A stretch of DNA of 64,000 nucleotides from Tubiluchus corallicola. Lineage: Eukaryota; Animalia; Priapulida. The notes beneath the pieces are model-generated. The model made no database searches, was not told where the DNA came from, and saw only the letters and a program-made list of their open reading frames with translations. A program made the translations under genes and the position numbers. The DNA lies in the NCBI GenBank assembly GCA_030141605.1, contig JAQGDQ010000239.1, positions 62,001-126,000 of the forward strand, read 5' to 3'. The stretch's first letter is position 1. Every line of letters starts with the position of its first letter. Below are positions 50,901 to 62,420 of the stretch, in pieces.

Positions 50901-53900
50901 AAACAATCTAACCATGGAAATGTTGAATTTGGTTAGCCAGCTATAAAGACTGACCTTTGGAATGCCTTGACCACTGGGAGATTGACCACAATGCAGTGGC
51001 CTAGTGGTTAAGGCATCTGTAAAGCAAGCAGAAGATTCCTAGTTGAAATCAAGGCTGCATACTAACTTTTACACATTTCCCGTTTTTCAAGTTTGGTATC
51101 AAAACTGCACTTCATTCTATGCCACATTTGAGACCGTTTTACCCTGAATACCTTATTAATCTAGCAGTAATTAGTTCATTTTTTAATCACACACAAATGT
51201 AATAAATGTAACTAATTATTTTATACCCCTTAGTGTAAATTGTTGTAAACAAATTGGTACTACTGCAATTACCTCTTTACAATTTTAATTCTTTATGATG
51301 ATCAAACATTTTTTTCTGTAACTTCAATCCACTTAGACTAGCAGACCTAATATTCACCCATGATTTTAACCAAAAAATCAAAAACATCAAGTGAAAATTC
51401 AGTGTCATTAACTAATCCCATTCCAAAATCATAAATAATCTTTATGGGTTAGCAAAGTGATACTTACATCACTTAGATATTCAACATGATGCTTTGTAGC
51501 AGCAAAAATTAGTGTTTGGTCAGTTGGTTTAGTCACATTTCTCAGCAAGTGCAATAAAACAGCAACTTTATCAACTTCTCGACATCCAATAAACGCAAGC
51601 TTAAAATAGAACACTTAAAATTTTTATACCTGCAGAAATCCAGTATAAAGTTAAAAAACATGTTACTGTTAAAGATAACAAATGGCAAAATAAAAAAAAT
51701 CCATCTTAATACTTTTTAACAACATAATTTAGAGTAAAGGAATTAATCACTTTCTAAAGCCTATGATTAAGACATGAATTCCTGCTTTCATTCTTTTTGT
51801 TACATTTCTGTTACCAGATTTTGAAAGTTTCTATATGTATGTTTAGCTAATACAACATTTTTAGTCAAAAAGCTAAAGTGTATTTCTCTGAATATTGAAA
51901 AATGTAAGTATACGTAAGTTTTAAAATCAGATACTTTTAACAATGCTTAGTACCGAAATGAAAGAAAGTGAAAAGAATTACATACTAAAGAAGCTTGACT
52001 GGTGCTGTGAGCATTCAAATAGTATCTGTAAATTACTTTGCATCTTGTACACCACAAAGTTGAAAAGTTCTATCACAAGAGTGATGTTATGCATTTTAGC
52101 ATGTCATATGTCCTTATTAATAATGCGCTCCCCATTAAGCACCACCGTACATTTAAACTGAGGCAAAGGTTCGTAATGTAATGAATGGATTTGCCATAAG
52201 TAAATGCTAATTCTAGATATGATAATAATGTTATATTATATTGAAAAGATATTTTATTTAAAACTGGTTCATCAAATTAATTATGTGTGTGAATCTGAAC
52301 TAACTGTAACTTAGAAAGAAAAATTCATATTTTTAAGTTTGGTTGTTAGTAAAGTAATTTTTGAATTAAGACTTGTGAATTATCAAAAAGGTAGTTCAAA
52401 ACCAGGTCACTAAATGTTTTTGGTGTAGTCTGTGTTTCTTTTCTGAAACCGATTTTTTAAGCCAAGTGTAATTCAAAACAGTTAAGATATTTAACTTTGA
52501 ATATCCATGTGTACATACAAAGGATTGAATCTTGTCTACAAATATGGATATTCAAAACTAGCATATTAGCGCATGGTAAACATACCTGCTTACAAACAAA
52601 ACGGTACTTAACATGATTGTTTTTATGTACATTAATTTGCTATGTACCTTATAGTATATAAAAGTGACAAAAAGATGACATAAAAGTAGTAAAAGCTTGT
52701 TGATCACACACTGTCTTGTTTTAATTAAGTGAAGCAAAAATATGGAGTCAACTATGCAAATTTATTTGAGTCAGTTGCCGACAGTTTTTATACACATTTC
52801 AATAGGAGTGGTCCATACCAGATGTTTTGAATCAATTAAATGACTGATTCTGTGTCAATTAAGAGCCTATAAATGGTACCTACTGTACTTATTAAACATA
52901 CATACAGATATTTTCAAATATTTGAACAAAAAGTAAAAAATGTTTGACTGATGCAAAGAGAATTAAAAAAGCTACAAACCTTTAGTTGATTACTTAGTTT
53001 AGTATCAACATCAAGTCTAATAAGTGTGGGATCAGAGAGACCTGCACGAGCAAAATCAACAAGAAGTTTAGGAAGGGTGGCAGAAAACAATAAAGTCTGC
53101 CTTGTCTCAGGTAAGCGGTGTAAAATCTCTTGCAACTGCTCTGCAAAACCCATTTCAAACAACCTAAATATGCATAAATAAAGCAAATTAATACGACATA
53201 CATTAGCGCTTCACTACACACTGTGCTCTGTTCATGTATAATGGGTTCTTTCCGACATTACAAAACACCGTAATTAACTATGCTTTTATTGTTTAATTGC
53301 TGGCAAGTATTAATAAGAAATTATGATACATACCTATCAGCTTCATCAAACACAACATATTCAACACAGGATAATTTCAAATCCATTTCCATAAGGACAT
53401 GTAAAAACCTGCCAGGTGTAGCAATAATGCTGCAAAAAAGAAAAACCTACATAATGCGTAATATCAAACATTAACACACGACAGTCTAGTTGCACCACAA
53501 TTTGAATTTTTTAATTAATAAATCCGGTATAGAAGGCAAACAGAGTACTAACAAAACAATGTTACAATTGATGACAGTTACACTAAAACAACAATTTAAA
53601 AATAAAATAAAATAAAAAATGAAACTTGAAATGTATTCAAAACTTATAATTGTTCTTAAAACACAACTTTGAAGATGGCAATTACTGGGCGATTATAATT
53701 TGCAACAAATTTCACAAGAATACAATTGCACAATAAGTTCAAGTCATCATACATATTAAACAAGTGCCCACAAAAATGATTCATAGTCTAGCAGTTAGCA
53801 CACACAAACTGAACACACAATGTGCTCTTCATATCTGCTCTATAATGAATAGTTTGCAAAGTTTGGCTTATAAGTTACTAAGTCACAAGATCAACAAATT

Positions 53901-56900
53901 TAATAAGGTTTTATTTTACTGAAGATAATTGTGATATAAATAATGTAAAATGCAAAAGAAAAGAAATGCAATAGCTACATCTTGCATTTGTCTACAAGAA
54001 ATAATTTTGCTAGTATAAACAATTAATATTTAAATAAGTGATATCAAACTAAACAATAAACCTACATGTCAGGATTAGCATGGATAGCCGCAAATTGGTC
54101 GTCCATTTTATCTCCACCTAGTATACACACAGCTTGTAATCCAGTAAATTTCCCTAGCTGCAAAATTATCAAAATTACGACAGTTTGTTTATAACAAACG
54201 ATAATCATAATAGTAGTCAATATAAAAAACCTTTCATGACAGAAAACCATAAAATATAAAAGGAGTCATTTTTTACAATAAACTTTTACGTAATCATTAA
54301 AAATTCGTTAATGTAATTCATATTATGATACTATTTTGCTGTAATAGTCCAGTTTATTGCTAAAACTTTCTAACACTTTTCTCAAATATTAAAATAAGCT
54401 CAACTTCATGAAAAATTTGGCTTTTCCTCTAACAATATCAATATAGTGTAACCAAAGAGCAACCCAGCTTCACACGATTTTCATAACTATGTCAACAGAT
54501 AGTAGTTTCTTACTTCTTTTGTAAATTTCAAGGTCTGTAGAGCTAACTCTCTTGTTGGAGACAAAACAAGAGCTCGTGCACCAGTCTTACCAGAATGAAC
54601 CTTTAACCTCTCAAACATAGGGATCAGAAATGCAGCTGTTTTTCCACTTCCAGTTCTTGCCATGGCAACAACGTCTTTTCCTCCAGTAATTAGAGGAATG
54701 GTCTAAAAGTGAAAAAATTGACAAGTCTGCATAACATGATAAATCAAGATACTAGTAACTTTAGCATTTACAGATGTTAACAAAATAATAAACATAACAT
54801 GTAATTTAATTATCTTACCTTCCTTTGTATTGGCGTTGGGATTTTGTAACCTTTACGAAAGATTCCCTTGTAGACAGGATAACTCAAGCCTGTATTAAGT
54901 TATTAGCAAAAAATGTAAAAATTAGTGTACCTAATCAAATAAGACAGAAGCAGACAATTATTTTAACAATATCATCTGACATTAACATTTAACAGATAAC
55001 AATTATTATAGGTTATTGCAGCTGTTTGCAGTGATAACTATTAATCAACGGCAGCACAAAGGCAGGGGTATTTTAAACAAACTGACATCGTGACTGGTTT
55101 CTTCAAGAACACTGTTGGTCTAAGATTTATGGGGGTAAAAGTGATAAAAATTAGAAAACTAGTTAAATAAATAAAAGTATAATCATTAAAAGATAAAAAA
55201 CAGTTTATCTAAGTATCTCATTAAAATGCGAGTTTATGAAAATAATATGCAAATTAAGTCAATGGCTATTGTGGGAAATGACACACATTCTTTTAGTCAT
55301 CTAGACATCACTGACTTCAGAGCTTTGTAATGCACCCTCCAAAATGAACAACCACCTGACTTTTAAGACCACTTTATGTTCTCCTTAATAACGAAAAGCT
55401 GGCCCTTTTTAGAAAGTCAATCTGTCTTATGTGAAAAGTATATTTTTGCTATAGGGACATTTGGGCTAAACTGACTTGAAGAACATACCCATTGCTTGAA
55501 AACCACCAGATTTTTTATTTTTGCGATTTTGCTGGGCCACAAGTTTCCTTGTATTTGCCTCTACTGTGTCATCATTATCATCCTGAGTTCCAGGAAAACC
55601 TTTTACAGGTTCTGAAAACTAGTACAGATAAGAAAATTACAATGAATGATAGAAGATTAACTAGCTCAATGAAACAAAACACAACAGATTTAAAACAACC
55701 AAAAGAGCAATCACATGTAAGGCACAAATATCAAAGTACAGAAGTCGTCGCTTAAAAGACTCACTTTGGGACCGACATGTTTTGACCCAATTAACCGATT
55801 GAACCTATTAACTGATGGGTGAAGTATTACTGCTATAGAAGTATGAGTCATCAGCTCACAATGCGCTGCAAAGGCTTTTGATCAATTTTAGAAACAAAGT
55901 AACGCCTAAATTCCTTTGTGCAGTTAAAAATTAGAAAAAATATTTTAAAATATTAATTTATATAAGTGAATTAACAATAAATTAAAAAGCAGCTGGAACA
56001 TCAGCATCCTTTTCCTCATCATGGGTATGTTTGTACACGATGTTTTCACGCTTTCGCCATCTCTGAAACCACCCATCTGTTGCAACAAAATCTTCCTTTC
56101 CCATTTTCTTTGCCAAATCTTCTGCTTTCTGTTGCATTAAAGGAGCGTTCACTTGAGCATCTTTTTCTCTTGCGTTTGTAAACCACACTTTTAACGCTGA
56201 CTCCACTTTACAGCCTTTTCCTGTGCTCTTCCTCTTAGATGCTAGAATCTCATTTTGGTTTGCTGACTGCTCAATTTCAGATCATTTTTCAATATTCTGC
56301 CGCGAGTACTTTGGGAAATTTTCAACTGCACACCTCTGCCCCATCTTTGGAAGTTTACCGTACTGCTATAAAATTTTCAGTTTCTTCTTAACTATTAGAT
56401 CGTTACGCTTATGCTCCATTTTTCAAACTTCTCAACTCTATGCCCTTATTCGCTGTAACTATGATGTTTACTCTTGTAAGTCACAAGGAATACTGGCTGA
56501 TTACTATACCTGCATTTTGACTATTAACTCATTAAGCCTGAAAGCATGATTTGTGACTAGAGCATCAAACGAAAACCGCTAGGCAAGTGATTAAATGTTT
56601 AGCTTCCAGGAATTCTTTGGGTAACGAGGTTAATTGCAGTGGGCGAGCGGGTGACAGATTCAAAGCAAAACCGCTACGCTAGCGTAATAGCGCATGATAA
56701 ACGTATTTGTTTACAAACAAAACAGTACTTAACATGATTGTCTCTGCATATATAATGCACAAAAGGGAAGTAAAGGTGACATAAAAGTAGGAAAGGCTGT
56801 TTGGGCACATACAAATGTCTTATTTTAAGTACGAGAAGGAAAAATATCGAGTCAATTAAGCAAAGTTATTTGAGTCAATTACCGATAGTTTTTATGTATA

Positions 56901-57310
56901 TTTGAATAGAAGGGGCCCGTTCCAGGCATTTTTGAGTCAATTAAACAATTGAGTCTATTAACCGTGAGTCTATTAAGTAGCGACTACTGTATTAAAACTA
57001 TGTTTAAACCACTTAAATATTCACATTTTCTTTTTTTAAATATCGATTATAATAACTTTTTATCAAGACATTTGTTAACATTCTCATTTAGTTTGATGTA
57101 CATTACAAGCTTTACTAATTTCTTTAGTACATTTACCTGCTCAAGGTCAGTTGGCACCAAGTCAATCGACTCATCAGTAGCATGAGATACAATTTTGTTC
57201 TCAGATGCCTTTGAAACTTGTCGCTCATCTTGCTTTGACCATTCATTATCAGTACCAGTTTTTGCTTTTGCAAGCCTCGATCTTTTCTTGTTTAGTTTTT
57301 CTGCCTTCAT
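38953..57310 (-). CDS. DDX54: ATP-dependent RNA helicase DDX54 (DBP10 orthologue), 18 coding exons, about 865 aa
   Basis: Exons in minus-strand order: 57310-57137, 55618-55489, 54889-54819, 54702-54514, 54157-54066, 53429-53334, 53163-52980, 51599-51468, 48060-47850, 46314-46186, 45660-45569, 44643-44440, 42793-42605, 42324-42188, 41865-41758, 40120-40013, 39398-39313, 39218-38953; total 2598 nt. Motifs: [11 protein letters not shown] motif [60 protein letters not shown] and DBP10 C-terminal [21 protein letters not shown]. Confidence 0.96.
39399..40012 (-). other. Probable U12-type (minor spliceosome) GT-AG intron in DDX54 (coding intron 16)
   Basis: Donor CT|GTATCTTTT resembles the U12 consensus RTATCCTTT. 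The 3' end CTTTATATAACAATGATAG has no polypyrimidine tract and a TAAC branch-like motif about 10 nt from the AG. Phase 2; splicing restores TYKTKL-YQEW. Confidence 0.75.
42044..42209. repeat. Tandem duplication, 2 x 83 bp, spanning the DDX54 exon 14 donor
   Basis: AACTGACAGCAGCTCTATC...TACTTACTCT(G/T)GCTCAGAATTGTGATCCA at 42044-42126 and 42127-42209. Confidence 0.95.
43321..43935. mobile_element. Non-autonomous DNA transposon, Kolobok-like termini (AAAGGT...ACCTTTAA)
   Basis: Left AAAGGTTACGACAG, right CTGTCAACCTTTAA; body collinear with a second copy at about 46710-47302. Confidence 0.6.
44694..44860. mobile_element. Head-to-head pair of tRNA-derived SINE relics
   Basis: + copy 44771-44858 has an A-box-like TAGTTCAGTTAG, a B box GGTTCAAGTCC and tail CATTTTTCAGCAACTCCT. 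- copy 44760-44694 has A box TAGCTCAGGTGG and tail ATTTTTCAGCTTCTCCT. Confidence 0.55.
45000..45562 (-). mobile_element. Degenerate LINE (CR1/L2-type) reverse-transcriptase fragment
   Basis: Minus-strand [35 protein letters not shown] and [10 protein letters not shown] with frameshifts and stops; the low-coordinate end is approximate. Confidence 0.85.
46343..46410. repeat. (GT/GTGC)-rich imperfect microsatellite
   Basis: ATGTGTGTGTGCGTGCGCAGCGTGCGTGCGTGCGGGTG...GTGTGTGTGCG, just upstream (minus strand) of the DDX54 exon 10 acceptor. Confidence 0.85.
46710..47302. mobile_element. Second copy of the 43321-43935 element family
   Basis: Shared blocks CTGTAGGTCAAA, CTTTAAAATATTGAAA, AAAAACAGGTGCTGTACCTCTCA, CACACGTTCGA, GAATCTCTTACAGTAGCACTGTA-like, CTTGAAAATGGGG and TATATGAAAAATC. 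Confidence 0.7.
48591..48680 (-). mobile_element. tRNA-derived SINE relic (same family as 50993-51104)
   Basis: Reverse complement GGTTTAAATCCAGTCTGCACCTCCACTTTTTCACATTTCCCATCTTACAAGTTCGGTATCAAAA aligns with 51041-51104. Confidence 0.6.
48721..50816 (+). mobile_element. 5'-truncated LINE (CR1/L2 group) with RT ORF2 remnant and 3' UTR/tail, antisense within DDX54 intron 8
   Basis: ORF 48721-49671 has [37 protein letters not shown] and IKYLVLHI. The same frame continues past a premature TAA (49669-49671) with HNYSTR..GAELWN to 49893. Tail-like AATAAATAAATTTCAATTTCAATTT at about 50792-50816 and CATTCATTCAT at about 50468. Confidence 0.9.
50105..50222. repeat. (TATG/TA)n low-complexity microsatellite
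   Basis: TATGTATATATATGTATATGTATATGCATGTGTGTATATG... run. Confidence 0.9.
50993..51104 (+). mobile_element. tRNA-derived SINE relic
   Basis: GCAGTGGCCTAGTGGTTAAGGCATCTG (Pol III A box, tRNA D-arm-like), degenerate B box AGTTGAAATC, and a non-tRNA tail shared with 48591-48680. Confidence 0.65.
52559..52885. mobile_element. One-ended fragment of the Tigger element family at 55739-56989
   Basis: Collinear with 56680-56989 (TAGCGCATG, TTACAAACAAAAC.GTACTTAACATGATTG, GACATAAAAGTAG, TTATTTGAGTCA) and ends in CTACTG|TA. Confidence 0.75.
55739..56989 (-). mobile_element. Internally deleted Tigger/pogo DNA transposon with CENP-B-type HTH transposase remnant (DDX54 intron 1)
   Basis: TA-flanked TIRs CAGAAGTCGTCGCTTAAAAGACTCAC / GTGAGTCTATTAAGTAGCGACTACTG. 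Minus-strand [55 protein letters not shown] (CENP-B HTH); upstream MEHKRND.. segment has stops; no DDE domain. Confidence 0.92.
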
Positions 57311-58460
57311 GCCAATTTGAATCTATTAAACAGAGTTCCAAACTACAATGAATACCTAGACCAGACTTTCATTATTCAGGCAATTGCTAGTTATATTTTT
57401 TTGATGTTGGAAAAAATTCTATAACTAAACGTTCTGTAAGTTGTAATCAAAACACATTCATGAGATTACAAAAACAACTCTGTTATTTCTGGGATTAAGG
57501 CATAATATCCATGCAAAGCATTCTGCATAAAAGCCGGCTGCAAGTTGCTTTATTATATCCCCCTTTAATTCAATTATTTGTGACGATGTGTGTTGACAAC
57601 TTAGTTATCTTAAGGGCTCGAAAAATCAGTTGCACCTGGGACAACCATTTTTTGCATTGACCAACAGAAATAACTTTGTTAGAAATCTGTTGGGCTACCC
57701 ACATTCCATTTTTTCCGTACTGGCTTCTACTGCAAAATGACCAATTTTCCTGCCTGATATTGCGAGCTTAATTAAGCTCATATAGCACACATTTATATTT
57801 ACATGTACATCCTTGCAAAAGTGAAACTGCTTACAGAAAAGCTATGCTTACCGATGTTTAACAAGCTGCTGCTTAATGACAGAAGCAACATGCTGTCAGG
57901 ATGTATTCTGAAGAGGGCATTAAAGTTTTGCCTGTTTAAAAGCATAAAATGAACTTGCTGACTTTACTGTTTTCTAGCAACTACTTATATAGAACAGCTT
58001 GTATGCAGTGAATTACACTTTATAATTAAGGCCGCTTTTGGCTGTTTAATCACTTATTAGTATGTGTATTAATATTTTAGAAATTGGAAAACTTAATTAC
58101 TATAATTGCAAACACTTTCTCTCTTTAATAGTTGTGCAACACTGGTCATAAGAAGTAAGGTACTTTGAAGAATGATTGTTCTTAAGTCAGCAACTTCTGG
58201 GTAGTTGTGTCCTTTTAGTATCTTTGTTCACTCACACTGCATCATTTGTTTAACGATTAGATGTTTGTATTTCCGAAATTACTAATGGTGCGATTTGTTT
58301 ACCACATCCAGGCTTTATGCCAAGACAGCTTCAATAGTGCAACTGTTATTCAGAAATACGATCAATATGGTAAAGTAACTGGATGCGATAATTAGTTTTA
58401 TATTAATTACATTAGCTTTTGTCAGTCTGGGATTATGCCATACTATAAAGTGTGTGTGTA

Positions 58461-59153
58461 GGGTGCTGAGTAACCCACTAGCCGAAGTAGGTTACTCGCA
58501 TGTGCTAAATTTGCGGAAAAGCAGTGTCGTACATGGGCAGCCCAAGTAGGACACTAGGGATTTCTGTCGAATATTGACATCTATGACATACTAAAACATA
58601 AAAGTAAATTTGTTTTAGAAAAAAAGTAACTTTATAATAATGATGGATAGTACTTGACAATTTACAAATGTATTTTTTGCAACAATAGCATCATTAGCTC
58701 CATTAATATCATCATAACATTAAACTATCTAATGCTTTAAAGAGAGAAACTATGTAGGGCACATAACTCGCTAACCCATTTACTTAGTAGAAAACAATTA
58801 TTTGTCCAAGAGGGAGTGAAAAGGATCACATGCCTGTGAAGCAAGAAAAAATAAAAAATGATATACCTTAAACAAATGTTGGAACCGCCGAAAAAGTGCA
58901 TTTATTTCACTTCAAAGAAGATTAATATTGGCACATATTAATTCTTCTAGCTCAGAATAAAATTCTTTCTTTTTATCAGATGTATAATAAATTATTCAAT
59001 GTATATTGACATTTTTAATTATTATTATTCCATAAACAAGGACGACGGACAGTGCAATTACGCTTAACGACTCAATTCGCCTGTTTCTAGTGTCCTACTT
59101 GGGCAGCCCATGTACGACGCGTCCTACTTCAGCTAGTGGGTTACTCGGCGCCC
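58461..59153. mobile_element. MITE with bipartite long terminal inverted repeats (GGG...CCC ends)
   Basis: Outer IR 58461-58491 / 59123-59153 (28 of 31 match); inner IR 58526-58557 / 59087-59118 (31 of 32 match); AT-rich non-coding interior. Confidence 0.85.
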
Positions 59154-60199
59154 AACATCTGAAATAATAAATAAATATACCAAAAGATCTAATTTGTTTT
59201 TGTTTACAAGTCGATCACAGGTTAACATCTTAGTAATACATAATTTTTTTAAACTTACCACAATTTTTTACCAGCTGTTGCGAATTACTTTAGAGCCTCT
59301 GGTCCTTGAACAAAAAAAAGGAGAGAGACAAAGTGATATGCAGAAAAGCTGACGGCAGTTAACAATGACCAATCAAATAAACAATGTGTAAGATATTCTT
59401 TTCTGCTAGACAATAAGCCATCTATACTACATACACCACAACCTGCAGATGAAATAGGCCTACTTCAGTTAAAATCCCCCAGCATCTGGTACGTTTACAG
59501 AGATCCCGTATTAACCAAAAAAATCTAATAAAACACATCTAGTGGTTTTACAGAATGCTAAACTACTAAAGTTTCTAATAACACATTTACAAAATTAACA
59601 AAAAATATTTACTTCTATCACAGGCTCTCATTATCATCAGCTTCATAATAATTATGCCCATTGAATGTATTAAGTTGCATTCATCATTATCTTCATCATG
59701 CCAAAGGTGCCAGTAGCAATAAGCACTATCTTTTATATGTTGCTTTTTGTCTGTTATGTTACTTTGTCGTTTATTATTTGCTGGGCGCAAAGTCCTTCCT
59801 GAGATTGATTAGGATAAAAATTCGTAAATTAATAAACAATTTTATCGAAATAAGAATAAACTAATTGGCAAATTATAAATAAGAAGAATCTGAAAAACAA
59901 AAAATAGTTTATCGTAAAAATTTAATGATCACAGCTTCACAGGCACAGTTTCAGATAAAAATTATCCCAAGGACAAACGTTTCAGTCACTTTCATGACTA
60001 TAATCAGTAGTTTCACCAAAATTAATTTACTGCATTGTAATATAATTGTTAAGAAAATTCATGTATTCTTAAAATGTGACAATAGTTAACAGTTATGCCT
60101 GCAGCTTGTATAAAGTGTTTACCTATGACATTTATTACTAATTTTATGATTAACATATTATTATAAAATAGTAATGTTATGCAGTTTTCTGGTATATTT

Positions 60200-60540
60200 C
60201 TGACAAGCTGCCAGAACAGATTTGAAACATTGTGGACCCAATCATGCCCTCAAAGAAGCCTATTTAATTAACACGGAAGCCTCATGTCTGCAATACTGAA
60301 TGATATGACTGGAAAGTCGAAGTGATCAGTGGCCAAACTGAAAATCATCTATTGTGTCCAGCAAATGTCTCACAAGTCTGTCTTTTCAATACTGATCTTT
60401 TGTTATATTCTGTCCAGAGAGACTTTTGGGATAGTTCCAAGCCAAAATGTTGAGCTCCTGGTAAATTCAGGTGAATTGAATGCCTTGCAGTTTGACCTGC
60501 TCCAATCATACCTCTCAAGGTTGTAGCTGAGAGGCTATGC
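60200..60540 (-). mobile_element. Possible degenerate L1/Tx1-type LINE AP-endonuclease fragment
   Basis: Minus frame with stops: ERYDWSRSN..SPEFTRSS...SLDRI...ATDHFDFPV...GHDWVHNVSNL, resembling the APE C-terminal pattern W..FT..SRLDRI..(S/T)DH..G.W..NVSLL. Confidence 0.35.
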
Positions 60541-61939
60541 AACATCCATGAGACCTCCATAATATACTGAACCTGATTGCAGTGCTGAGGGTTGTGTGGT
60601 GATACAATACGCACCTTAACACTGATACCCAATTATCGCTCATAGAATATTCATTTAGGCATAATTATGTGTTTAATGTCGCTTTGTAAACAGAATTTTT
60701 GTCTATATTTTGCTAATTACAAACCACTGGGTGTTAATATTAAATAAAGTAGTTGAAATAACTCAGCAGAACTCACCTGCTATCTGCCAGCTACCACATC
60801 AGGTCTAATGCGCACCTGTAGTTTTAGCAACCACAGCAACAAAATTTACTCTTTCTGCCTAACCCTCATAATTTTTTTCACGAGTTTACATCAGGAAGAA
60901 AAGACATGAAAAAATTCAAACCCTGGCTGGCATTTTAGTATAGCGATGTTTTCGTGTATTGTTATGAGTTAGAAAAGATTACGTCGTAGAGTTTTCATGC
61001 TGGTTATTAAAAGAGAGAGAGAGGTCATGTAATCTGTTAAATGCTCATCAAGGCATACTTTAACGTTATTTGTTTGGAGCAGAACAGCAGTTCGAAGAGT
61101 CTAACCAAAATGTACAAGCAGAATTCTCCCAAGCAACTGCATGATGTATTTTTAATTTGTATGGTTTTTAATTTCTTTGCACAATAGTTGTAAATGAATT
61201 ATTCAGTACATCATTATTATCATAATTCATCGTACCCCTGTTGCTGCATTACAGACATTGGGCAAGAAAAATTCTAAAATACATGGAAAAAATCAGCCCT
61301 CAAGACGGCAAACACAACAATTAATTCAGTAAAAAAAAACTAGACATTGCAGGTTCCTATGCAAGTATGTAGCCTGTCAGCACCATCCAATCAGCTGATT
61401 CAACTCATGTCAATTACTTTACGAAAAATGTTGGAACTACAACGACACACAATGTGGTCGTTGAAGTTGGAACACAAAGGCGCCAAGTTTGCAAAGATAT
61501 CTCGTAATGAATGACAGCACCAAAACAAAAGTTCAACTGAAGCTCGCATGTATCACCATGTAGGATATTATTAATATTCGCACATTCGTGTCTGTAATAT
61601 AAAGGTACATCTAACTTACTACAACAGTCATATAAGCAGCAGTGGATTTCATGATTCTGGTTATGTATTTTAGTTCTTTCAGTTTCAGTTAATAAAATTA
61701 AGACATTTCAGATTAGAACCCGCAAAACCTCAGGTAATATGTGAGATTTTATAGCTATTTTCTTCCCTAATAAATAAAAACGCTTAGTACCGGATTTTGT
61801 ACCTTAGTTTTCCCGTATTTTTGTTACTGGTTGTTATGTTCATTTTGTCGTGTATTTTTATTGTCATGTATTGCCAGACCTGTTAGGCTTCATCCAGTGA
61901 GCCACTACTGCTGATGCCGTAGCACAGCCTTGAATTTTA

Positions 61940-62420
61940 TAAAGCTGACGCATTATCGTGAAGAAGAAGCAATTTTGGGTACTGCTCTTTTTGAACTCCT
62001 AGTCCTATGATGGTTTGATAAACTTTTCCTGGAAATCGACAAAATTTGCAAACAGAAGAACAAGTTTCACATGTTTCTAATATGTGTTGGGCGAAATAAG
62101 ATACATTCTGAACTTGAATCTTGAAAAGCTGAAACCAGTATTTGTTAAGTTTACCATCGAAATCAGTGTCATCTATGGTATTAGTACTATATCGAACTAT
62201 GGTTGTTTTTCCAAGTTCCTAGTTTTCCTCTACTCTGATTCCACTGCCAATGTGACTTCGCTAATGTTGTGATTTTACTCCAACTTTTTCTCCGTAAACG
62301 TTGGAGGAAAGCAGCATTGTGTATTGGAGTTATCATCTTTATACTTAGCCAAAGGAGGTCTTCATCTCTAAAGGTGGAATACGAATCAGACACCAGCGTC
62401 TGTTCAAACTTCACCAGCTA
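61940..62420 (-). mobile_element. Possible degenerate pogo/mariner DDE transposase fragment
   Basis: Minus frame ends ..GLGVQKEQYPKLLLLHDNASA, resembling the LLLLDNA.AH catalytic motif; several stops and frameshifts upstream. Confidence 0.4.

Noticed and set aside
50993-51060. Intact tRNA gene (also 44771-44835)
   Set aside because: Acceptor and anticodon stems do not pair properly, and the 3' tails are shared with other copies, as expected for SINEs.
55982-56206. Domesticated TIGD/CENP-B host gene
   Set aside because: It lies between intact TIRs with a TA duplication, has upstream stops and frameshifts and lacks the DDE domain, so it is a transposon relic.
59620-59702. Minus-strand C/D-box-like ATGATGA...CTGA
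   Set aside because: No terminal stem flanking the boxes, no recognisable rRNA or snRNA guide, and ATGA-rich low complexity.
60288-60582. scaRNA-like pattern (CTGCAA...CTGA-TTGCAG stem, TGAG loop, ACA)
   Set aside because: The C box is non-canonical and offset from the stem, there is no plus-strand host gene, and the minus strand looks like a decayed LINE endonuclease.
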